64,000 nucleotides of DNA from an uncultured Gemmataceae bacterium (GTDB taxonomy: Bacteria > Planctomycetota > Planctomycetia > Gemmatales > Gemmataceae), in NCBI GenBank assembly GCA_963750165.1, contig CAVVPN010000011.1:1952001-2016000 (forward strand), written 5' to 3'. A model generated the notes under the pieces. It worked only from the letters and a program-made list of their open reading frames with translations, searched no databases and was not told the origin of the DNA. Both the position numbers and the translations under genes were made by a program. Of the stretch, positions 40,384 to 48,507 are shown in pieces. The stretch's first letter is position 1. The number at the start of each line of letters is the position of its first letter.

Positions 40384-40425
40384 CCAGAACGGCCAGGCCG
40401 CCGGCCGGCGGCCTGGCCGTTCTGG
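40384..40425. terminator. Perfect 42-bp palindrome just downstream of the Mn catalase gene
   Basis: ccagaacggccaggccgccgg|ccggcggcctggccgttctgg. Confidence 0.7.
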
Positions 40426-40428
40426 AGG

Positions 40429-41157
40429 TCACTTCGCCCCGACCAGTTTCTTGATTTCCTGGAACGCCGGGGCATCGACGTACCTCCAGCCGTTGCCCTG
40501 GTTCCAGGGGCCGCGCTCGTCGCTGCCGGCGTCGCCCGAACCGGTCGAGTCGTTGAAATACTCGTCCACCACGCCCGGCGTCGGCGCCAACTTGCCGATC
40601 GACAGCGGGTCCTTGCCCAGGCTCTCCAGCCCCAGCATGAACGCCTTCATGTGCGTGATCTCGCGCGTCATGAGGAACTGCAGCGCCTCTTTCGTGCCGC
40701 TGTCGGTGGTGAAGTGGATGAGCCGTTCGTAGACGATCTTGGCACGCGCCTCGGCGGCGATGTTGCTGCGCAGGTCCACGTCCAGCTCGCCGGTGACCTT
40801 CAAATAGTCGGCCGTCCAGGGGTTGCCCTGCGAGTTGAACAGGCCGACGCCGCCACCGCCCGCGATGGCGACCAGCGGATCCGCCTCGGCCGCGTCGCGC
40901 CCCGTCCTGGTCGGCTTGAGGTGCAGCCGGGCCAGGGTGCCGATCACCTCCAGGTGGCTCAGTTCCTCGGTGCCGATGTCCATGAGCAGATCCTTGAGCT
41001 TGGGGTCCTCGCAGTTGATGCCCTGGACCGAATACTGCATGGCCGCGGCCAACTCGCCGTTGGCGCCGCCGAACTGTTCCAGCAGCATGTTGCCGAACTT
41101 CGGGTCGGGCGTCCCGACTCGCACCGTGTACATCAGCTTCTTGACGTGGTGATACAT
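40429..41157 (-). CDS. Manganese catalase family protein
   Basis: EQFGGANGELAAAMQY, DIGTEELSHLE, DLRSNIAAEARA, REITH; GGAGG RBS. Confidence 0.95.
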   Translation of the reverse strand: MYHHVKKLMYTVRVGTPDPKFGNMLLEQFGGANGELAAAMQYSVQGINCEDPKLKDLLMDIGTEELSHLEVIGTLARLHLKPTRTGRDAAEADPLVAIAGGGGVGLFNSQGNPWTADYLKVTGELDVDLRSNIAAEARAKIVYERLIHFTTDSGTKEALQFLMTREITHMKAFMLGLESLGKDPLSIGKLAPTPGVVDEYFNDSTGSGDAGSDERGPWNQGNGWRYVDAPAFQEIKKLVGAK

Positions 41158-41318
41158 GCGCATCCTCCGGGGGTGAAGACAGGCGATCCCGGGTTGAGAC
41201 CGCAAACCGGGTGCCTGAAACGGAGAAAGTGGGTCGGCCGGGCGCGGCCACGGCGAGTGGGTATCATTCAGGCAGCCGGGCGACGCGGCCGAAACCCGTG
41301 GTACGGAGGACCGCGGCA

Positions 41319-41741
41319 GTGAATCGACAGGAATTCCAGCAGCAGGCCAGGACCAAGCTCCTGGACGCCCGGGCGCTGCTGCGGGCGAAGCGGTGGTCGG
41401 GGGCATACTACCTGGCTGGCTACGCGGTCGAGTGTGGGTTGAAAGCCTGCATCCTGCGTCGCCTGGAAGCGGACGTGGGACTGATCTTCAAAGAACGGCG
41501 GTGGGCGGAGAGTTGCTGGACGCACAACCTGGAACTGCTTGTTCAACTGGCCGACCTCCGACCGGACCTCGAAGCCGATCTGAGCGCGAATCAGAAACTG
41601 AAGGATCGGTGGCAGATAGTCAAGGACTGGAACGAATCAAGCCGTTACCTACGCAAAGACAAGGACAGCGCCGAGGCGTTGTTCGAGGCAATCGGGAACA
41701 AGAAATACGGGGTAATGCCGTGGATCGTGCTGCGTTGGTAG
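41319..41741 (+). CDS. HEPN domain protein
   Basis: GGAGGA RBS before GTG; DARALL...AYYLAGYAVECGLKA...THNLELL...WNESSRY. Confidence 0.85.
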   Translation: MNRQEFQQQARTKLLDARALLRAKRWSGAYYLAGYAVECGLKACILRRLEADVGLIFKERRWAESCWTHNLELLVQLADLRPDLEADLSANQKLKDRWQIVKDWNESSRYLRKDKDSAEALFEAIGNKKYGVMPWIVLRW

Positions 41742-42160
41742 AAATTCAGATTGAAGGAGGCAAGCAGGTTCTGCAACGACTCGCCGAGGAGGGCATTCCC
41801 GTGACGGCCGCTTGCTGGCTCAAGGAGGAAGCGGACGAACCGTGGTATCTCTACATCGTCACGCCCCTGGTCCGGAAGGGCGGCAGCACGCGGGCCGCGT
41901 ACCGGCAGTTGGACCGTGCCCTTGGCGAACTGCCCGACGCCTTTGGCATCGGCCCGCTGGCCATCAAGGTGGTCGGCCCGACGGAACCGCTTGCCAGGGA
42001 TCTGCTCCAACTGTATCAACGCACGCCGGCCCTGCGGGCCTACCCCAGCCACTGGGGTAAACACATCCTCGGTCCCGTCAGCTTCGTGGACACCTTCCTT
42101 TACCCACCCCCCGCCGCCGCCGTGAACGGCGAGAGCAAGGCGACCACGCCCAGCCCGTAG
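41720..42160 (+). CDS. Hypothetical partner of the HEPN gene (putative antitoxin)
   Basis: GTG start overlapping the HEPN 3' end by 22 nt; VTAACWLKEEADEPWYLYIVTPLV...AYRQL. Confidence 0.7.
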   Translation: MDRAALVEIQIEGGKQVLQRLAEEGIPVTAACWLKEEADEPWYLYIVTPLVRKGGSTRAAYRQLDRALGELPDAFGIGPLAIKVVGPTEPLARDLLQLYQRTPALRAYPSHWGKHILGPVSFVDTFLYPPPAAAVNGESKATTPSP

Positions 42161-43053
42161 AACGTGTACTCCACGTCGCTGCGCTCGTCCCACAGGCCGC
42201 CGCGAAAGCCGCCGGCTGCGTCCTCCAGCGCCTGCGCGAACGCCAGCGCCGCCGCCCCATCGACGCGGTCCAGCGCCCCGAGTTGCTCCAGCGTCCAGCA
42301 GCCGGTGAACGTCGAGAGCAGGTCCGCCAGCGGCGCCCGGCCGTTGGCCCGCAGCCCGCCCTCCAGCGACGGCATCTCCCCCAGGAAGTCCGCGACACCG
42401 GCCAATGTGCCGTCCTGCAGCAGCGCCGTCCGCATCATCTGCAAGACGCCGACCGCCGCCGCCGTTGGGTTGGTGCCGCCGCGCCGCATCGGCGCGATCT
42501 CCACGAAGCCGCCATCCTCGCGCCGCCGCGACAGCACGAACCGCACCACCTCGTCCGGCCGAGGCAGTTCTCGGCCCAGCAGTTGATAACACAGGCCGAC
42601 CAGGAACGTGTGATAGGTGCTGCTCGTGGCGGCGTCGGTGGCCTTGGCATAGCCGCCGTCGGGCTTGCGGAAGGTCTCCAGCGTGGCGGCGACGCGCTCC
42701 GGCCAGTCGGCGGCGGCGTCGGCCAGCACAACCGGGCCGCCGGCCACCTCCAGCAGCAGGCAGGCGTAGAGCAGCGAGAAAAAGTCGATGACGCTGGCGG
42801 GCTGCGTCAGGCTCTGGCGCAGGAACGCGGCGGCCCGGTCGCAGACGGGCGGTGTCAGAGCGTCGAGCACGGCCAGGCCGCGGAGCGCGAAGCCAGTGTA
42901 GTACAGGTCGGAGCCGCCCTCGCGGCCGGAGAAGCCGCCGTCGGCGTTTTGGGCGCGGGTCAGGTAGGCAGCGTGGCGGGCGCGGAAGTCCGCGGGTTGG
43001 CGAGCCAGGGCGTCGCCCAGGCGGGCGGTCAATTGCTGCAGGTAGGTGGTCAT
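42100..43053 (-). CDS. Prenyltransferase/squalene-oxidase repeat protein (GGTase-beta-like)
   Basis: QNADGGFSGR...SDLYYT, RKPDGGY, REDGGF, EGGL, AGGFRG...DVEYTFYGL repeats. Confidence 0.88.
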   Translation of the reverse strand: MTTYLQQLTARLGDALARQPADFRARHAAYLTRAQNADGGFSGREGGSDLYYTGFALRGLAVLDALTPPVCDRAAAFLRQSLTQPASVIDFFSLLYACLLLEVAGGPVVLADAAADWPERVAATLETFRKPDGGYAKATDAATSSTYHTFLVGLCYQLLGRELPRPDEVVRFVLSRRREDGGFVEIAPMRRGGTNPTAAAVGVLQMMRTALLQDGTLAGVADFLGEMPSLEGGLRANGRAPLADLLSTFTGCWTLEQLGALDRVDGAAALAFAQALEDAAGGFRGGLWDERSDVEYTFYGLGVVALLSPFTAAAGGG

Positions 43054-43066
43054 GGGATCTGTCTTT

Positions 43067-43112
43067 CTGCCGCTTGTGGCGTAGCGCGTTTCCGCTACGC
43101 CGCAAGCGGCAG
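43067..43112. repeat. Family-B doublet (CTGCCGCTTGYGGCGTAGCG inverted pair)
   Basis: ctgccgcttgtggcgtagcg-cgtttc-cgctacgccgcaagcggcag. Confidence 0.85.
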
Positions 43113-43124
43113 CAAAGCAGGCGC

Positions 43125-44585
43125 TCACTCCCGCGGGATTTCCTTGTCGCCGACGCCGCCGCGCAGCGGCGTCGTCCGCCGCGGTCGCGGCTTCTCTTCC
43201 TCCTCGCCCTCGGCCTCGTCCTCGGCCCCCTCCACCTGGTTCTCCTTCTCCAGTAGCGCCGCCTTGAGCGACAGTGACATCTTGCGCTGCGCCGCGTCGA
43301 TGCGCAGGATCATCACCTCCACTTCCTGGCCCTCCTTCACCACGTCCGACACGGCGCGGACGCGCTGCGGCGACAATTCGGAAATGTGGACCAGCCCCTC
43401 GACGCCCGCCTCCAGTTCCACGAAGGCGCCGAAGTCCATCAGCTTCGTCACCTTGCCCTTGTAGACGTAGCTGTGGTGGTACTTGCTGTCGATGTCATCC
43501 CAAGGGCTGCGCGTCAGCTGCTTCAGACCGAGGCTGATTTTCCGGTTCTCGCGGTCCACCTTGAGCACGGCCACGCGCACCGACTGGCCTGGCTGCAAAA
43601 TGTCCTCCGGGTTCTTGACGCGCGTCCAGCTCATCTCGCTGACGTGCAGCAGGCCATCGGCGCCGCCGATGTCCACGAAGGCCCCGAACGGTCGCACCGA
43701 ACGCACCACGCCGTCCTTGATCTGGCCTTCTTCCAGAGTCTGCCACAGTTTCTCCCGCGCCTCTTCACGTTCACGCTCCAGCAAATCGCGGCGGCTGACG
43801 ACCAGGTTGCGGTCCTCCTTCGACACCTCGTTGACCACGCACAGCAGCCGCTGGCCAACGTAGCCCTCCGTGTTCTCGACGCGGAACAGCTCGATCTGGC
43901 TGATGGGCATGAAGCCGCGGATGCCGTTGACATCGACTTCCAGGCCGCCCTTGTTGGTGCCGGTGACGCGCGCCTCGACGGTCATGCCGGCGGCAATCGT
44001 GGACCAGTCCGCCTCGACGGCGGCGCCGCGGCGCGTCAGGATCAGCAGGCCGTTGGCGGAATCGTAGCCCTCAATGTGGATGTCCACCTCGGTGCCGATG
44101 GCGGGCGGCCCGTCGGGGAATTGCATCAGCGGCAGCACGCCCTGGCTGCGGCCGCCGGGCACGTCCACGAACACGTCCGGGCCGTGGATGGCGATCACCT
44201 TACCCTTCTTACCGCCCGCCGTGCCCTCACCGGGTTTGGCCCCCTTCTCGGCCTCGTCGCTGTACAGCTCCTTGCCGGACAGGCCGCCCAGCGCGGCCTG
44301 CAGTTCGTCCTCGATTTCCTTGTCGAGATCCCGCAGCCGTGGCGGGGTGCTCATCTGGCGAATCTCATCGACCACGGGCACCGGCTTCTCCCGGGCGGAC
44401 GGCCCCCGCGGCCCACTCCGGCGCGGCGGGCGGGGTCCGCCGCGGTCCACGAAGGGGCGAGGCCGGGGCTCCGTCGGCGGCGACTGCTGCGGCCCGGCAG
44501 CCGGGGCGGCGGGCGTTTCCGGCGGGGGCGGCGGCGCGGTGGCAGGCGTCTCGGCGGTCGGTTGGGGCTGGTCGGTGTCGCTCAT
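43125..44585 (-). CDS. Four-S1-domain RNA-binding protein (ribosomal protein S1-like)
   Basis: GIRGFMPISQI, FGAFVDIGGADGLLHVSEM, FGAFVELEAGVEGLVHISEL; Pro-rich N-terminus. Confidence 0.9.
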   Translation of the reverse strand: MSDTDQPQPTAETPATAPPPPPETPAAPAAGPQQSPPTEPRPRPFVDRGGPRPPRRSGPRGPSAREKPVPVVDEIRQMSTPPRLRDLDKEIEDELQAALGGLSGKELYSDEAEKGAKPGEGTAGGKKGKVIAIHGPDVFVDVPGGRSQGVLPLMQFPDGPPAIGTEVDIHIEGYDSANGLLILTRRGAAVEADWSTIAAGMTVEARVTGTNKGGLEVDVNGIRGFMPISQIELFRVENTEGYVGQRLLCVVNEVSKEDRNLVVSRRDLLEREREEAREKLWQTLEEGQIKDGVVRSVRPFGAFVDIGGADGLLHVSEMSWTRVKNPEDILQPGQSVRVAVLKVDRENRKISLGLKQLTRSPWDDIDSKYHHSYVYKGKVTKLMDFGAFVELEAGVEGLVHISELSPQRVRAVSDVVKEGQEVEVMILRIDAAQRKMSLSLKAALLEKENQVEGAEDEAEGEEEEKPRPRRTTPLRGGVGDKEIPRE

Positions 44586-44601
44586 GGTGTAATTCTCCGC
44601 T

Positions 44602-44670
44602 CTTTCCGTGGTGCGGGCGGGCCGCCTGCACACGCAGCGTGTGCAGGCGGCCCGCCCGCACTACGGAAAG
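44602..44670. repeat. REP doublet family A, 34-bp inverted arms with one mismatch
   Basis: ctttccgtggtgcgggcgggccgcctgcacacgc-a-gcgtgtgcaggcggcccgcccgcactacggaaag; GTGG and GTAG ends. Confidence 0.9.
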
Positions 44671-44681
44671 TCATTGTATCA

Positions 44682-45110
44682 CTACTTCGCGGGCCGGTTC
44701 ATGAAGTCGTAGACGAGCACCTTGCCGACTTGCTTCGTGTACTTCTCAACGAACTCGAGGTGCAGCGGGTGATCGAGGTAGGTCTGCAAGCCGGCGGCGT
44801 CGTCGAAGAGCACGAGCAGGCCGACCTCATAGTCAGTGACCGCGACCTTGGGAGTGGACTTCTCCGCGGGCTTGCCGACCCACAGGCCGCGCACGGTCGG
44901 AATCTTGCGCAGCAGCTTGTTGGTGCCGTCGATGATGCGCTGGACCTCGCCCACGGGGGCGTCCTTCTTGAGGTAGAAGATAACCGAATGCACATACGGA
45001 GCGGTGCTGGGGTTGATGGCGGGCTTCTGCTTCTGGGCCGCGGCGGGCTGCTGGGTCAGGAGCAGGCCGCACAGCGTCAGCAGCGCGGCCGCGATCGTGG
45101 TGCGGATCAT
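44682..45110 (-). CDS. Secreted Dabb (stress-responsive A/B barrel) protein
   Basis: Signal peptide; HSVIFYLK, FDDAAGLQTYLDHPLH, VYDF. Confidence 0.88.
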   Translation of the reverse strand: MIRTTIAAALLTLCGLLLTQQPAAAQKQKPAINPSTAPYVHSVIFYLKKDAPVGEVQRIIDGTNKLLRKIPTVRGLWVGKPAEKSTPKVAVTDYEVGLLVLFDDAAGLQTYLDHPLHLEFVEKYTKQVGKVLVYDFMNRPAK

Positions 45111-45209
45111 GGTGCGTTCCTCCGGCGAATTTCCTCGGGGACCTCCTGCGGACAGCGTATGAGGCCGTCGCGCCGCGGGCAACGGACGCCGTGGCACTGC
45201 GGATTCCGC

Positions 45210-47552
45210 TCACTTCCCCTTCGCCGACAGCAACTCCACGCTCGCCTCGGCAATCACCGGTCGCCCGTCCCGCATCAATGTTGCCCGCACCACCGCGGCC
45301 CGGTTGAACGGCCCACGCAGCTCCTTCGCGAAGCGCACCGTCAGCACGCCGCGCTCCTGGTTTGCTGCGATCACCAGCGGAGCCGCCGTCACGCCGCGGA
45401 TGTGGTCCGCGACCAGCAGTTCCACCTTGACGCTGCCCTTGAGCTTGTCGCCGCGCAGCACACGCACCGGCAGCGCCACCGTCGCGCCCGGTTCCGCCCG
45501 CAGCGAGGTGCGGCCCACCGCGACACCCAGCGGCCCCGGCTCCACCACCGCCACGATCTGCTCGTTCTGCGCCACTGAACTGAAACTGACCACGTGCTCA
45601 CTGCCGTCCTGGGTCTTGACCGTGGTGATGCCCAGCACGCAGACGCGGCAGGTGCGGCCCGTCTCCATCCACGGCGGCAACTGCACCGCGTACTCGAACT
45701 CCGTCGCGCCCGCCGGCACCACCACCGTCGGCCCCGTCACGCCTTGCAGGTGCCGCGCCTGCCGATCCGCCAGCCGCACCTCAATCGGGCCGTCGTAACC
45801 GATGCGCTCGACAGTGTACTTGCGGGAATGCACGGTGCCGCGCGCCGCCGTGCGCATGTCGTATTCGCCCTTGATCCGGAACGGCGTCGGCAGCGTCACC
45901 GCCAGCAGCACGCGGTCGAGGTTCGCCGGCACGCCGCCCGGCAGCGGCAGTGTCGCAGTGTGCCGCACGACCACGTTGCCCACCTTCGCCGAGCCCTTGA
46001 CGACCACGTGGCCCGCGCGAATGATGGCGCCCGCCTCGGCCTTCAGCGTCACATCCACTGCCAACTGCTTCGCGGCGATCACCGTGCTTGTCGCGGTCAC
46101 GCCGGCCGGCAGCCCCTCGAACTCCAGCTGGATCGGCTGGTCGAACTTGCCCAACCGCTGCGCCAGGATTTTCAGCTTGACCTGGCCGCCGCGCGGCACG
46201 CTGACTGCGTCACTCGCCAGCTGCAAACGGAAGTCCGGCGCTGGCAGCGGCGCGACGCGCAGCCGATAGGCGAACGCCTCGCCGCCGCGCGTGCGGAAGC
46301 GGTCCTGTACGCGCACCGTGATCGCGCCATCTGCCGCGGCGGTGAAGCGCAGCACCGGGTCCTCGACGTTTGCGGCGTTCGCGGCGTTCGCAGAGCGGGC
46401 CAGTTCCTTGCCGGCCGCGTCCAGCACCGCCAGTTCGCCGAGCAGCGGCGAGCCGAGCCGGGCCGCCCGCAGTTCGATGTCGAGAACGTCGCCCTTCTTG
46501 ACGGCGAACCGCCAGTCGTCCATCGCGCCCGGCTTGCCGATGCGGCCGTTACACACCGCCGGGACCGACACCAATTTGCCGGCGTCGCGCTCCGTGATGT
46601 ATTCCGGCATGTCGTCAAGGTCGATGGCGAAGGTGTTGGTCTGCCGGCCCTGGTGGACGAAGCGGACGAAGTGCGTCGGCCCGGTCTTCGGCAGGAAGAC
46701 GGTGATGTGCTGCGGCAACGCCTGGCCGTGCAGCCCGAACGTGACCATGCCACCGCGGCGGCCGCCCAGCGGGTAAACACGGTCCACGTGTGGGCCGGCG
46801 GTGACCGTCAGCCGGTAGACGTGGGCGGGACCACCGCGGAAGTTCGTGTCGTGAATCTTGACCTGATACTTGCCGGCAGCCTTCGCGGTGAAGCGCACGA
46901 ACGGGTCGGCGCCGAAGTGGTCGTCGTTCTCGGCGACGCGGCGGCCGTCGGGGCCGAGCACTTCCAGGCGGGCGTCCAGCGGCGAGCCGAGCCGGGCCGC
47001 GTGGACCTCGCAGCACACCGTCTCGCCCGCCTTCAGGTCGAAGGCCCACAGGTCCACGTCCTCGCGCGGGAAGATGCGTCCGTTGATCGTCACCGGCAGC
47101 CGCACGCCCACCGGCACCGCGGCGCCGTCGATTTCCTCTTCCACGACTTCGGGCAGATCGCCGACCATGAACTTCATTGCCGGGGTGGCGCCCTGGGCGT
47201 TCCACAGCCGCCACGGCCGCGTGCCCAGCGGCGCGTCGGCGGCGATGGCCACCTGGGCGGCGAAGTCCCTGGGGTAATCCTCCGCCTGCTGCGAGTCCGG
47301 CAATGGCAGCAGCGGCCCCTCGAACCACAACGTTTTCATGGCCGTCAGCGTCTTGCTCGCCTGGACGCCGGGGCCGAGCAGCTCCCAGGCACAGGTTTTG
47401 TGCAGATTGAGAGCGCCGACGCGGACGGCGACGGTGGTGCCGCGCTGACCGCCAGCAGGGAAGAGGAACGACGCCACGGGCGCGTCGGCCCGGACGACGG
47501 CGGCGGTGGCGGTGACGAACAGGACGGCGGCAGCGAAGCGTAGTGAGGTCAT
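45210..47552 (-). CDS. Secreted PPC (pre-peptidase C-terminal) repeat protein
   Basis: FPAGGQRG, PVTINGRI, DVDLWAF, ARLGSPLD, NDDHFGADP, RGGPAHVYRL. Confidence 0.85.
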   Translation of the reverse strand: MTSLRFAAAVLFVTATAAVVRADAPVASFLFPAGGQRGTTVAVRVGALNLHKTCAWELLGPGVQASKTLTAMKTLWFEGPLLPLPDSQQAEDYPRDFAAQVAIAADAPLGTRPWRLWNAQGATPAMKFMVGDLPEVVEEEIDGAAVPVGVRLPVTINGRIFPREDVDLWAFDLKAGETVCCEVHAARLGSPLDARLEVLGPDGRRVAENDDHFGADPFVRFTAKAAGKYQVKIHDTNFRGGPAHVYRLTVTAGPHVDRVYPLGGRRGGMVTFGLHGQALPQHITVFLPKTGPTHFVRFVHQGRQTNTFAIDLDDMPEYITERDAGKLVSVPAVCNGRIGKPGAMDDWRFAVKKGDVLDIELRAARLGSPLLGELAVLDAAGKELARSANAANAANVEDPVLRFTAAADGAITVRVQDRFRTRGGEAFAYRLRVAPLPAPDFRLQLASDAVSVPRGGQVKLKILAQRLGKFDQPIQLEFEGLPAGVTATSTVIAAKQLAVDVTLKAEAGAIIRAGHVVVKGSAKVGNVVVRHTATLPLPGGVPANLDRVLLAVTLPTPFRIKGEYDMRTAARGTVHSRKYTVERIGYDGPIEVRLADRQARHLQGVTGPTVVVPAGATEFEYAVQLPPWMETGRTCRVCVLGITTVKTQDGSEHVVSFSSVAQNEQIVAVVEPGPLGVAVGRTSLRAEPGATVALPVRVLRGDKLKGSVKVELLVADHIRGVTAAPLVIAANQERGVLTVRFAKELRGPFNRAAVVRATLMRDGRPVIAEASVELLSAKGK

Positions 47553-47741
47553 GGCGTGGACTCCGGTGGGTCGGCGGGCGTTTCTCGATGGTAACCGATG
47601 CACTGCGGTGTTGTCGCATTTTTTCAGAGCGCCGACGGTTGGGGGTGGCAAGACCAGACGCCTTGTCCGTCGAGACGCCGCGGACGGCCGGAAACGCCGG
47701 CTCACCGGCAGCGTGCCAACGCGGCTCCATAGAATCCTATC

Positions 47742-48503
47742 ATGACCTCGCAAGCGCAGCACTGGAGCAAGGCCGCCGCGTCCTACGAGACCGACTTCGT
47801 CGATCCGTACCGCGATGACGTGCGCAGCCCCCTCCTGGCCACCCTGCGCAAGCTCGCCAACCCGAAACGCGGCGTCGTCGGCGACCTCGGCTGCGGCATC
47901 GGGCCGCTGCTGCCCTTCCTGGCCGAGCACTTCCACACCGTCCACGCGGTCGATTTCGCCGACGGCATGCTCACGCGCGCTCGCGAACGCTGCGCAGGCG
48001 TGGCCAACGTCGCCTTCCACCTCCAGGCCCTCACCGACCTGACGCCGCTGCACGGCGCTCTGGATGTCGCGGTGTCGGTCAACAGCCTCGTCATGCCAGA
48101 CATCCTCGACCTGGAAGCGTGTTTGCGCGAGATCCACGCTTGCCTGCGGCCCGGCGGCGTCTTTGTCGGCATCCTGCCGGCGATGGACGCCGTCCACTAC
48201 TACACCATGTTGCTCGTCGATCGCGCCCTGGCGGCCGGCAAGCCCAGCGCGGCAGCGCGCAAGAACGCCGCGGCGCTCGGCGAACACCAGTTGTACGACT
48301 TCGCCTTCGGCCAGTTCCGCTACCAGAGCCTCGAGCAGCACTTCTGGCAGCCGTTTGAAATCCGCCACCGCTTCAAGCGCGCCGGCTTCCGCGGCCTCAA
48401 ACTGACGCCGGTGCTGCTGTCGTGGATGCAGTTCGCCTGCGGCGAGGAACTGAAAAGCCTGCCGCCGCCGTGGGACTGGTTCGTGCAGGCCCGCGTAATA
48501 TGA
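47742..48503 (+). CDS. Class I SAM-dependent methyltransferase
   Basis: DLGCGIG, AVDFADGML, LRPGGVF. Confidence 0.9.
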   Translation: MTSQAQHWSKAAASYETDFVDPYRDDVRSPLLATLRKLANPKRGVVGDLGCGIGPLLPFLAEHFHTVHAVDFADGMLTRARERCAGVANVAFHLQALTDLTPLHGALDVAVSVNSLVMPDILDLEACLREIHACLRPGGVFVGILPAMDAVHYYTMLLVDRALAAGKPSAAARKNAAALGEHQLYDFAFGQFRYQSLEQHFWQPFEIRHRFKRAGFRGLKLTPVLLSWMQFACGEELKSLPPPWDWFVQARVI

Positions 48504-48507
48504 CCGC

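Noticed and set aside
43125..44585. Gene symbol rpsA
   Set aside because: Only about four S1 repeats and an atypical N-terminus; it may be a paralog, so no symbol was given
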